A DNA stretch of 64,000 bases from positions 35,588,001-35,652,000 of the forward strand of contig NC_083286.1 of assembly GCF_963506605.1 (NCBI RefSeq), written 5' to 3'. The first letter of the stretch is position 1, and every line of letters begins with the position of its first letter. The DNA is from Zootoca vivipara. Taxonomy: Eukaryota. A program made the translations under genes and the position numbers. Positions 25,137 to 37,057 of this stretch are shown piece after piece. The notes beneath the pieces are model-generated. The model ran no database searches. It was not told the DNA's origin and saw nothing but the letters and a program-made list of their open reading frames with translations.

Positions 25137-26670
25137 AATTTTACAGTGTGTGGTACAGTATTCATAAATATAGGTGTTGCATGCCAAAGCATGCATAATT
25201 TGTCCCAAGCATAGCATCTTACATTAAATATGTTTGCAGTATGTGCAGTAATACTCATTTGTAAACCTAGTGTTGCATGCCACCTATTTTACAGCCTCTG
25301 TCTTTAACGTCCACGCATTCTTGCTCTAGAATATTTATGCTTTTTTCTTATATTCCAAGAAAAAGATATCAGACCATGGTTTTTCTGCAGCTGCTGTTAA
25401 AATAACGTCTGCCTAGAGACATGTTTTGCTCCAATGGTGATTGTATAGAAATAAATATTATATTTTGTTGTCCAGTTATTTTCTCATTATCTTTTCATAA
25501 CATTAACAAATGTGAACTGTTGCCATTTTACATCTACTGTATATGCAGTAATTATGAGTTTGCGGGCAAGGGGGCATCAATATGCTGATGGCACTAAGGT
25601 CTCTTTTTCCATAACATCTGTGTTGGGGGAGGCTGGGCTGTCTCTGGACCCGTGCTTGGATGTAGTGCAAGATGGATAAGGGAAAACCAGTCTGAGTTGG
25701 ATAGAATTAGGCTACAGTTTATTGATTACAGAGCAACAGGTTTGATGAAGGTATCAGGCATGGATCACATCCATGGGATCACATAGCCCATTTGCCGCTT
25801 GATAAGCTTATTTTTTGACCATCACGGTTACTCATCCTGGCATGAACCGCTATCTAATGAGCTTCCTCTGGCCACCGGCAGGGGGTGCCATGGCCTGTCA
25901 GCCCACAAGCTGGACTTCTGGACAGAAATTGCTGCCTCCAAGATCCCTCAAGGGGACCCCCTACGAGCTGCGACAAGGTGCCCCCTCCTCTACCCCTCCC
26001 TTATCCAGGGCATTTTTAAAAGCAGGAATTCACAGGAACTCAGTTCTGGCACCTCTCAGGTAGGCACCATTGCTATTATAAGAGAACAACAGAGGTGTTC
26101 ATGGTGAGTTCTGGCACCTCTTTTTCCAGAAGAACAGCACTGCTCTTACATGACAACAGTTGTGACAATTTAAAAGTGTAGTGGAAACAAATCAACAGAA
26201 ATTATTAAAAGGATGTCTGGGTGGGGAGATCGGCTCTGAACTGCAGTGAGGAGCAGCAGCGGGGGAGGGGGTCCCCTTAAATACTTCCAGAGAGGACCAG
26301 ACTCCCAGAACCTTCTATCTTGTCTGCTCTGGAAGTCCCTCCCCTCACCCACAGCTCCCAGCCCTTCACCGCAGCTCCATGTCTCACCCAGCTCCAAAGA
26401 GCCTGACCCAACGCAGAATATTCCTGGTGCTTCTGCTTCCTCCTTGCAACTGCCCCAGGCTGCAACAACTGCCCCCAGTAATCTGGGAATGGGAGGATTC
26501 TGGCAAGAACCTTTTGAAACAGGAATATGATTTCATTCTGTTTGCAAAGAACGTGTTGGTACATTCAGAGGGACCAAACTAGATGAGATGGCAGTGATGG
26601 TAGCTTTTCCAATAGAGAAGACGGAGCTTTGGTGTACTGTATTGCATAGCTTTTTGTCAGTCTCCCTGAT

Positions 26671-27278
26671 TGCTGTTGTTTAGTCGTTTAGTCGTGTCCG
26701 ACTCTTTGTGATCCCATGGACCATAGCACGCCAGGCACTCCTGTCTTGCACTGCCTCCCGCAGTTTGGTCAAACTCATGTTCGTAGCTTCGAGAACACTG
26801 TCCAACCATCTTGTCCTCTGACGTCCCCTTCTCCTAGTGCCCTCAATCTTTCCCAACATCAGGGTCTTTTCCAAGGATTCTTCTCTTCTCATGAGGTGGC
26901 CAAAGTATTGGAGCCTCAGCTTCACGATCTGTCCTTCCAGGGAGCACTCAGGGCTGATTTCCTTAAGAATGGATAGGTTTGATCTTCTTGCAGTCCATGG
27001 GACTCTCAAGAGTCTCCTCCAGCACCACAATTCAAAAGCATCAATTCTTCGGCGATCAGCCTTCTTTATGGTCCAGCTCTCACTTCCATACATCACTACT
27101 GGGAAAACCATAGCTTTAACTATACGGACCTTTGTCGGCAAGGTGATGTCTCTGCTTTTTAAGATGCTGTCTAGGTTTGTCATTGCTTTTCTTCCAAGAA
27201 GCAGGCGTCTTTTAATTTCGTGACTGCTGTCACCATCTGCAGTGATCAAGGAGCCCAAGAAGGTGAAATCTCTCACTG
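26671..27278 (-). mobile_element. BovB/RTE LINE 3' fragment
   Basis: ORF ...SESWTIKKADRRRIDAFELWCWRR...KSRTRLND, (CAA)n tail, near-TSD GTCTCCCTGATT/GTCTACCTGATT. Confidence 0.92.
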
Positions 27279-27622
27279 TCTACCTGATTAAATGTAGCCA
27301 AACAACTTAGCAGTAATAAACATTCAGAGTTGCCTAATGTAAGCAGACCGCTGAATCCAGTTTTTGTTGTCTAAGAATCTGAATTACGCTTGGCAACATG
27401 TGTGTGTGTGTGTGTGTGTTTGTGTGCAACTATAGGTTTTATCCAACAAAATTCTGCTCAGCGTAGATCCATTGAAATTAATGGACCCAACTTAGACTTG
27501 TCCATTAACTTCAATGGGTCTACTCTGAGTAGGATGAACATTGGGGGAGCAGACCTACAGAGGACTAAGCAGGGAGGAGCTGCTTTGCACCATCTTTGCC
27601 CGGTCTGTTCCCCCAGCCATCA

Positions 27623-27625
<3 letters not shown>

Positions 27626-27692
<67 letters not shown>

Positions 27693-27693
27693 C
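27626..27693. repeat. (TG)n(CTGC)n microsatellite
   Basis: Seen directly. Confidence 0.95.
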
Positions 27694-27987
27694 ATCAGTT
27701 CATTGGGAGACACGATATCATACACCTGCACAATTGCAATAATAGTGGTTGTTCAAAGTTATCATGCTTCCAAAATGCTCATAAATGCATGATGACATCA
27801 CATAGTCCCAACACACAGACATAGTTGTATTTATTGATTTGGGGTTTTCTTTTCCCCACAGGCCTCCCTAAACGCAATACATAAATTCAAAGATTTCTGT
27901 GCTTAAAATACTGCAGATTTGCGTGTTTCTTTTCATAAATTTTGTACTTCACCAATAGGAAATGCTCAAGCAGTGATACTGATGTGG

Positions 27988-28444
27988 TGTCAGGGACTGG
28001 ACATCGGAGGAGGAATGGTGAACCTTCCCGAGAAGAGGAGGACAGTATAGATTTACAACAGTGGTTTGCAGAGGGTCACAGATCAGAGATAGAAGAGGGG
28101 GAAAGCTGGAAAATAATGGGAGAAGCAGAGCAGGAACAGCTGGCTGACATGTTATCACTAGAGAGCATTCTAGACCCCCCTTCTCCCAGGACCCGACGAG
28201 CAATGAAAGTAGGAGAGCGGAGAGCTAAGAGGCAATTGGCCCTAAGCAGCCACTGTAAGGGGTGTGTGCTGTTGATGACTGAGAAGGGAAGGGGGGAGGA
28301 GATTACTCGGAGTAATGCCATTAACCCAAGAGGCAACATTTCTGAGTCTCTCTGTGAACATTGACTAATATGCATTGGTATGAACTTATTGTATATCTAT
28401 TGCTTGCAGTCTGCCGTGAGAGGGAGGGATCAGATTCCCTGACA
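27988..28444 (+). mobile_element. Solo-LTR-like element (Gypsy-type ends)
   Basis: Terminal inverted TGTCAGGGA/TCCCTGACA and perfect 5-bp TSD TGTGG. Confidence 0.75.
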
Positions 28445-29174
28445 TGTGGATAGAATGTCCCTATATTCATCTGAGGAATGGTGAAGGGTAAGCTAAAGGT
28501 GTGCTACATAAAAGGTAATCTTAATATTTTCCCCTGAGCAGGGCAATATTTGCCACAGAGGAATGTGTGAGTGTGTGTTGAACTAGCCTACAGCACAAAG
28601 GTAACATTTACCATTGTTGATCCACTCACTTTTTAACCTCTCCCCCTCTGGCCATGTGGCCCTCCGAAAAAGGGCGGAAAGCCCTTGGGTGGGGGGGGGG
28701 AAGGTTTCCCAACCCGGATTTCATCTAATATTCATTCGGGCCTAATGTTGATTAATGGTAAAGCACTTTATCCACTGAGTTTTGCTTTTTAATGTATTCT
28801 CACCCTTATTTTTTTCTGGAAACAGATGAACTGAAAACCACAACAAATGCCTTTTAATCTATCAACGCAACATAATGGGCTTTCCAGGAATGCTTTTAGG
28901 AAGAGTCTTTTAGAAAAGTACAGAAGACTTGTCTGAGAGTGCTTTGGGGAGTAGCCAGAAAGAAGAGATCAAGAACGCTCTGCTCCCTATAGGATGAAGT
29001 GGTGTTATGGCAGTGTGGGTTGGCTCAGCTTCTTCTACGGATAAACTAACATTAAAGCCCAAAATAGGCAAGGAGATGAGAAGTGGATTTAGATCTCAGG
29101 GAGGAAACAAAGAAAGCTTTTTTTTTCAGGCAGATCCCTTCAGTTTCTTCTTAGAGACCTAGTGGAACCAAAAG

Positions 29175-29274
29175 ATGAGGTTCGCCGCTGGAGGAGAAAT
29201 GGACCCCTCTCTGAAGATCCTGTTTCCTCTGTTTAGTATGGTCTTCACCTTATTTAGCACAACAAGAGCAAAAA
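29175..29274 (+). CDS. PAR1-like paralog D, exon 1 (MRFAAGGEMDPSLKILFPLFSMVFTLFSTTRAK; second ATG at 29199)
   Basis: Hydrophobic signal peptide, phase-1 donor GTAAGT at 29275; homologous to the other two exon-1 copies. Confidence 0.82.
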
Positions 29275-29686
29275 GTAAGTACAACCCAACACAATTTCTC
29301 CACAGTTCAATATTTATAGTTAAAGCAAGGCATACGCAATGTGCAATTGTTTCAGGAAAATTTCACTCTCTCTGATCTTTCCAAATGATTGTGCTATGGA
29401 AGAAAAACCATGCTGAAGCAGCAAGAGTAAAGGAGGAGGGAGAGTATCCTTGTACTAGGGAAAAATGTACTTCTCAGTGGTAATATTTATCAGTCACTAG
29501 CACATAAAAAAATATCTAAGTGACTGCAACATTTTAAGAGCATAAGGTATAACGTAAGATCAGAAGAACAATGAATAAAGCATTTTGTAGGGGTTTTTTG
29601 CTCTAAAATTCCTACCCTATTTAGGGTGAACTCAGACTGTCTCTTCTTGCACAATCTGCCTCTGATATTTCGGCAAGGAGGTGATG

Positions 29687-30076
29687 TTGATGTTGTTGTT
29701 GTTGTTTAGTCGTTTAGTCGTGTCTGACTCTTTGTGACCCCATGGACCATAGTATGCCAGGCACTCCTGTCTTCCACTGCCTCCCGCAGTTTGGTCAAAC
29801 TCATGTTCGTAGCTTCGAGAACACTGTCCAACCATCTCGTCCTCTGTCGTCCCCTTCTCCTAGTGCCCTCCATCTTTCCCAACATCAGGGTCTTTTCCAG
29901 GGAGTCTTCTCTTCTCATGAGGTGGCCAAAGTATTGGAGCCTCAGTTTCAGGATCTGTCCTTCCAGTGAGCACTCAGGGCTGATTTCCTTCAGAATGGAT
30001 AGGTTTGATCTTCTTGCAGTCCATGGGACTCTCAAGAGTCTCCTCCAGCACCATAATTCAAAAGCATCAATTCTTC
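29687..30076 (-). mobile_element. BovB/RTE LINE 3' fragment in the paralog D intron
   Basis: Same RTE C-terminal ORF, (CAA)n tail, TSD GGTGATGT. Confidence 0.9.
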
Positions 30077-30926
30077 GGTGATGTACTTCACAGAAAATCA
30101 AGGATTTCTTTACTGCATAAGATCTTGTACTTCGCTAAAAAATAAACTTGTCTCTGTTAGATTGGGCAAAAAAGCTGGCCATAGTTCACTCCTCACAAGT
30201 TAGAGATCCAAGCACCCTTAAGATGCTACAGTTCCTATGATTCTTTGATGGAAGTTGTGTGCTTTAAATGTATGCGTGTGTACACAGGCAATGTCAGAAT
30301 ATGACTATGCCTACATTAGCAGCATGAAACACAGCGACTTGTCCCTGTCTCCCTTAGTTTCAAGTCACATTCTTAGATTGCTGCACACACCAGAGAAGGG
30401 GCAGGAGTGTCTTCACCTGGTGTCTATTACCACACTATTTCACCACACTGAACTCGCGTTCACTGAAGCTGTCAGCTGCATGTGTGCTGTCATCTGTACA
30501 TGCACAGTGGCTGTCACCCTAGCTTAATATTTGTTTCCATTTTCAAGCTGATGGAAGCTGGCTAGAGGGAAAGCACATCAAACAGGAATACTTCTTGAGA
30601 AGCTGCAAGTTGCAGGTGGATTGTGGCTAATGTCATGTGTATTTGGTTTCAAATACCAGCAGTATTGCTGGTAGACAACAATGGTCTAAAGGTTACTTTG
30701 CACATTTTCAGGATGGGGGGGGGGGAATAGCTGAAGTTTCTCATTAGCAATAGGAAATATGTAAATTTCATCTACAACAATAATTTTTAAAACCCCAAAT
30801 GTGTAATTCTATAATTTAATCTGAATTCATATTCTCATAAGTAAACTAACATGGTTGCATTGATGTTTGTAACATTAGCTATATAGGTATTCATAGATTT
30901 GATTTATATATTGCTTCATCTTTCAG

Positions 30927-32050
30927 ATTCATCCTTGGGCATCCAGCCTTTTTTTCGTAGTTTCCCTGTGATGGAAGAAAATGATAATAATATGGAAATA
31001 ATTACTAACAATACTTCGAACAACTCCAATCAATCCATAAAGCAAGTGGTTACCACAAAACAAGCTGAAAAATACTTGACTGGTCCATGGCTGACGCGCT
31101 TTGTTCCTTCAGTCCACACTGCTGTGGTTATTTTGAGCCTTCCTTTAAACATTATGGCAATTATCATGTTTGTGGTCAAAATAGGGCTTAAGAAGCCAGC
31201 AGTGGTGTACATGCTCAACCTGGCTTCTGCAGATGTCCTCTTCGTGAGTGTGCTTCCTTTTAAGATTGCCTACAACTTTTCTGGAAACAACTGGATGTTT
31301 GGGCCTGAGATGTGTCGATTTGTCACTGCTGCCTACTACTGCAACATGTACTGCTCCGTCCTGCTGATGATGGTGATAAGCATTGACCGTTTCCTGGCCG
31401 TGGTGTACCCAATGCAGTCTCTGTCCTGGCGCACAGCAAGACGGGCCTCGATGGTCTGCTTTCTCATCTGGCTTCTGGCTATAGCTGGGGTGATACCTCT
31501 GCTTGTCAATGAGCAAACAAAGAGATTATCCCGGTTAAATATTACAACCTGTCATGATGCAGTAGATATCTCTGCCATTATGGATATATTTCGGCATTAC
31601 TTTTCTGCATTATCTATTTTGTTCTTTCTTATACCGTTATTAATCTCTGTCACCTGTTATGTGTGCATTATAAGGAAACTTTCTTCGTCCAATGTTGCTG
31701 CAGAGCCTAGTAAACGGAGACGTGCCGTTCTCCTGTCTGTAGCTGTCTTGTCTTCTTTTATTATTTGTTTTGGCCCTACAAATGTCCTATTATTAGTGCA
31801 CAGCTTGCGCATCTCACCTGATCAACCCCTTGAAAGCTTGTATTTTGCCTACATCTTAGCGGTCTGCATTGGTACCATAAACTGCTGCATTGATCCCTTA
31901 ATTTATTATTATGCCTCTTCAAAGTGTCAAAAGCAGGTGTGGGATCTCCTGTGCTATAAGAAGCAGTCTGGTCTTGAACAAAGCAGTCAGACAACAAGCA
32001 GTAATGCCACTAACCTTTTTAGTGGCCTGAAAAAATTGTCTCAAGCATAG
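30927..32050 (+). CDS. PAR1-like paralog D, exon 2 (spliced product about 399-407 aa)
   Basis: Acceptor catctttcAG at 30925-30926, phase 1; PFFR/SFPVM; intact 7TM with TTCHD and DPLIYY. Confidence 0.92.
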
Positions 32051-33761
32051 AATTTTACAGTGTGTGGTACAGTATTCATAAATATAGATGTTGCATGCCA
32101 AAGATGTGAATATTTGTTTACAGTTCACATCTTTAATATCCATGCCATTCTTTCTCTAAAATATTTATGCTGTTTCTTATATTAAACGCTATATAAAATC
32201 AAAGAATCAGAGAATTTTAGAGTTCCCTTGATCAGGACACTATACTTCTGTTGATACAGCCTAGAATAGCACTTTGTTGCTGCATCATGCAAAATATTTC
32301 AAATTGGATTTATTTATTTTTGGCCGCTGTTAACATTAACATCTGAACTGATGTTTGTCCAGAGATCTGGTTTGTTCCAGTGAGGGATGTATATATAATT
32401 TGGGGGGGGGGGTCTGACAAGAGCCTTCTGAAACAGGAATGTGATTTCACCCTTTTGGAAAAGAACGCATTGGTACATTCACTCAAACTAGATAAGATTG
32501 TAGCTTTTCCAATAGAGAAGACACAGGAGGCAGAGTTTAGGTGTACTTTATAAGCGGTCATACTCCATGATTCAGTGTAACCAAACAAATTAGAAGTGAT
32601 AAACATTCAGAGTTGCCTAATGTAAACACACTATTGAATCAAATAGGTTTTTTGTGTGAGGGTGGGGGAGTTGCCTCAGAATTTGAATTACACTTGGCTG
32701 CAGATTGTGTATGTATGTGCATACAGACTATGGGTTACAGCCAGTGCTTTTTTTCCTGGGGGGACGCAGGGCTACGCATACCCCCTAAACATTTTGTGAA
32801 TCTAAGTTTGGCATCATTGAGGGGCAGTATTTCAATATGTGTAGGAAAATGAGAGTACCCTTAAACATTTAAAAAACAACAACAACACCACTGGTTACAG
32901 CAAACCAAATTCTACTCAGAGTAGACCAATTGAAATTAATGAACCTAAGGTAAACATGTACTTTAACAACACTGTGTCTACTCTGAGTAAGACTAACACT
33001 GGATGCAGCCTTAGACATTCGGACATTATGATACTAGACAAGGGAGCCGTGCAGACTGTGCAAGGGTTGGGCCTGTGCTAAGTACAAAGTGCAGTATTGG
33101 AGGTAAAACAGCAGGAGGTGGCAAGGGTGCTCATCCTGATGCACACAAAGATCTCTTCCTGCTGCCCTCTCTCTCAAAAAAAACACCCCTTTCTGATATC
33201 TCTATGCAGCTGGGCTTCCTCCAACTGCAGGAGCCTCCTGGAGAAGTTTGAAAAGGCTGGGGGGACTGACTTGTTTCTCCTCTCCCCTTTCAGCAACATG
33301 ATCAGATCTCCAGGTGCTTTATGTTGAATCTGAATGTCAGTGGGAGAAGGATGGGAGCAGGGGAAACCATGTATGAAATCACCTTGAGCAACTTAGAAAA
33401 AAGGGGGAAACAGAAATAAAATAAATAAACAATAATGGATAGACAAAGTTCCTGTTCGTTCATTCGTGGATGATGTCTTTCCTAGGGATCTGAAGAACAC
33501 TCCAAAGAGGACATTATTACCATCCGGATGGGCTGCAGTTCAGTGGCAGAGCACATGTGTTTTTTTCAGGAGGCCCCGGGTTCAGTTTCCACCATCTCCA
33601 GGTTTTGTTGGGAAAGGCTGTGTCCTGAAACCTGAACAGCCACTGCTGGTCAACATACACATCACATCACTGGTCTGATCCATCGGTTTTTCTTATGCTT
33701 TTGTTTTCATGAGCCTGCACTTGCCTAAGCTCGCTCCTTTTCCACCCCACTAATCTATTAT

Positions 33762-34084
33762 CAGGGGTCAGCAAACTTTTTCAGCAGGGGGTCGGTCCAC
33801 TCTCCCTCATACCTTGTGGGGGGCCAGACTATATTTTGGGGAAAAACATATGAACAAATTCCTATGCCCCGCAAATAACCCAGAGATGTATTTTAAATAA
33901 AAGGACACATTCTACTCATGTAAAAACACCAGACAGACCCCACAAATAACCCAGAGATGTATTTTAAATAAAAAGACACATTCTACTCATGTAAAAATAT
34001 GCTGATTCCCGGACCGTCCGCGGGCCGGATTTAGAAGGCAATTGGGCCGCTTCCGGCTCCTGGGCCTTAGTTTGGGGACCCCTG
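33762..34084. mobile_element. hAT-type MITE with internal ~60-bp tandem duplication
   Basis: TIRs CAGGGGTC/GACCCCTG, flanking CTATTAT repeat; duplicated CAAATAACCCAGAGATGTATTTTAAATAAAA block. Confidence 0.75.
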
Positions 34085-34918
34085 CTATTATGATAGGGCA
34101 ATAGAGTCATTGCTGCTGGTCACTGCAGTCTTATCAGGATTTTCAATTTCTCTAAGACTGGAATTACAGCCACAAGCCCAAAAGGAAGGTGTATAGGTCT
34201 GAAGCTTCTCATATATAGCAGCATAATTCAGCTTCATATTATTGTTAGGATCATAGAATTGTAGAGTTGTAAGGGTCTCCGAGGGTCATCTAGTCCAGCC
34301 CCCTGCAGTGCAGAAATCTCAAATAGATTTGCTGTTGTTTATTAATTTGCTGTTTGTTTGTCAAAATGGCTTCTAAGCAGTTTAAAGCCATAAAATAAAT
34401 AAGCAGTTATAATGCACAACAAATCCACTGGGACATTAAAACATTCTTAATTAAAATACACAATAAAATAAGAAATTAAAAAGCATAATAACTGAAACAT
34501 TTAAAAACAGTTAAAACAGAGAGAATGACCCCCAAGGGGTACTTGCTCTCCCTTCTGCTTAGCAATAATGGTAGTTAGAATTGAGTGTAAAGGCAGGGAA
34601 AGGACTCTCAGTGGGTGTTTACTTTTTATTATTTTCTCTCATTTTCCTCACAGCAATTCAGTGAGGTAGGTTAGGCTGAGAGATGGCGGCTTGCTCAGGC
34701 CAGTGGGCAGCATATCTGTGGAAGAAACTGAATAAAGCAGGTAGAGGGGTGAGTGGACTGCAATTTGCCACAGGCCAAGGAGAAGGCCTCATTCTGAAGA
34801 AGGATTTGAATCTGGCTGGTTTACATTTTATCCATTAGTAAAGGCTTGTTTGACAACAACATGAAATGGAGTCTTTAGTGTCATCGCCCCAGTCCCGTGG
34901 AACACCCTGTCAATAGAG

Positions 34919-35054
34919 CAGGCACCCCCAAACTCAGCCCTCCAGATGTTTTGGGACTACAACTCCCATCACCTCTAGCTAACAGGACCAGTGGTCAGGG
35001 GTGATGGGAATTGTAGTCCCAAAACATCTGGAGGGCCAAGTCTGGGGATGCCTG
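34919..35054. mobile_element. Palindromic hAT-type MITE
   Basis: TIRs and 8-bp TSD CAATAGAG. Confidence 0.8.
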
Positions 35055-35779
35055 CAATAGAGATTCAGCAGGTACCTTCTGCACTGACTTTTAAAGAGCT
35101 GCTGAAAACCTTTCTACTACTAATAATAATACTTTTATTATTTGTACCCCACCCATCTGATTGGATTGCCCCAGCATATATATAAAGATTCCGCCAGGCC
35201 TAGGTGGTACATCCTCCACAATGGTATGTTTGTTTGTTTGTTTGTTTGTTTGTTTAAACCCACTGGTTTAGTGCATTGGTCTTCAGCTGTTGAGTATGGA
35301 CCCACTGCTGGGCCGCACCTTGACTTAAGGTGGGACACCAGAGCAGCACAACCACCCTATAAATATATGATAAAAATGTGTGGGCTCAAGTCTTAGCACG
35401 AATGAATGGCTTAGCACGAATGAATGGATTGGCAGACTGAAGATCACGGCTGCTGCAGCAGGACCCCAGGAGCAACTCTCAGCTGTGATCCTCAGTCTGC
35501 GAACCCACACATTTGCTAGCTCACGTTAAGCCATGGTTTGGCCTAGCATTACATGTGAACTGGGCCTAAATGGTTAAAAGTTTATCACAAACTGTGAACC
35601 AGACATATGAGATTAAATGACAACAGTTCCAGTTAGCTGGTAACTAGGGTGAAATGGTAGGATACTGCCAAAGAAAACTAGATAGTAAGAAGGCTGGAGG
35701 ACCCACGGGAGAAGTATGGAATAACTTCAGACAAAACTGAAATAGTGATAATGGCTATACTCGGGTTTCTCTTCAGATC

Positions 35780-35780
35780 G

Positions 35781-35817
<37 letters not shown>

Positions 35818-36204
35818 GAGTCGTTTAGTCGTGTCCGACTCTTCATGACCCCATGGACCATAGCACGCCAGGCACTCCTGTCCTCCACTGCTTCCCGCAG
35901 TTTGGTCAAACTCATGTTTGTAGCTTCAAGAACACTGTCCAACCATCTCGTCCTCTGTTGTCCCCTTCTCCTTGTGCCCTCAATCTTTCCCAACATCAGG
36001 GTCTTTTCCAGGGAGTCTTCTCTTCTCATGAGGTGGCCAAAGTATTGGAGCCTTAGCTTCACGATCTGTCCTTCCAGTGAGCACTCAGGGCTGATTTCCT
36101 TCAGAATGGATAGGTTTGATCTTCTAGCAGTCCATGGGACTCTCAAGAGTCTCCTCCAGCACCAAAATTCAAAAGCATCAGCCTTCTTTATGGTCCAGCT
36201 CTCT
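35780..36204 (-). mobile_element. BovB/RTE LINE 3' fragment with long (CAA)n tail
   Basis: RTE C-terminal ORF 35727-36146. Confidence 0.9.
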
Positions 36205-36938
36205 CGTATAAATCTTTTAACTTTTATAAAGATTTCTGTGGAGAGGAACAGTTATGAGTTTACAGCTAATTCTTTGAGGCCCCACACTACTTCCTTGGTG
36301 TTAAAAACAGATTTGTATGCTTACTAACTTCCAAATAGTGATAAAGGCTGTTGTATGATAAGGGAAAAAAGCCTCCAGGCACAACTGCAGTGTACATTTT
36401 GCAAGTGGCTACATGGATATTCAAAGACCACAGTTTCCCCATTTTGTCTCAGCTAAACTAACCAGTCTATCTGGAACTCGCCCACCAAGAGCATTCTTTT
36501 AAGCTCCTCGAAATGTCATACTGTATTATCTTAAAGATGTGAAAGAATGTTCTATCTCATAACTGGTATGTGTCCAAACACTGAGTAAGATAAAACATTG
36601 CCAGAAGGAAACTTTTCCCAGAATTCTTTGTTTATTTCTAGGATGGTGGCCTTGATGGATGAACATTCAGTGGCTGTCAACAAGAACCAGATCTAAGGAG
36701 TGATATCAACTTGGAGTGTTTTCTCCTGCAGAAATTCCCTCTCCAGATATAGCTGTATTAGTCAGCAATTTCCTGGCATCACATGGAATTTGGGAGAATG
36801 ATGTAAAGAGCATAAAAAGATTGTATAGCTTATTTCAGAGGTGGACAGATTCGTATGATGCAGTTGTTGTTTTTTAACTGCAAACCTGAGACCTACAAAC
36901 TGGAGATTGGTGCAAAAGGCATACGTATAGAATTGAAG

Positions 36939-37057
36939 CTCGAAGCTACCAACGTGAGTCTGATCAAACTGCAGGAGGCAGTGGAAGACAGAAGTGCCTG
37001 GCATGCTCTGGTCCATAGGTCACGAAGAGTCGGACACGACTAAACAACAACAACAAC
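36939..37057 (+). mobile_element. Very short BovB/RTE 3' end
   Basis: Matches other copies; 10-bp TSD AGAATTGAAG. Confidence 0.85.

Noticed and set aside
26680-27276. Repeated 130-200 aa ORFs as host genes
   Set aside because: 5'-truncated BovB/RTE retrotransposon ends.
15506-32050. Calling the extra receptors PAR3 (F2RL2) or PAR4 (F2RL3)
   Set aside because: Their sequences closely track the adjacent F2R (LSLPLN, FSGNNW, CNMYCS, VVYPMQSLSWRT, CCIDPLIYY); they are F2R-derived.
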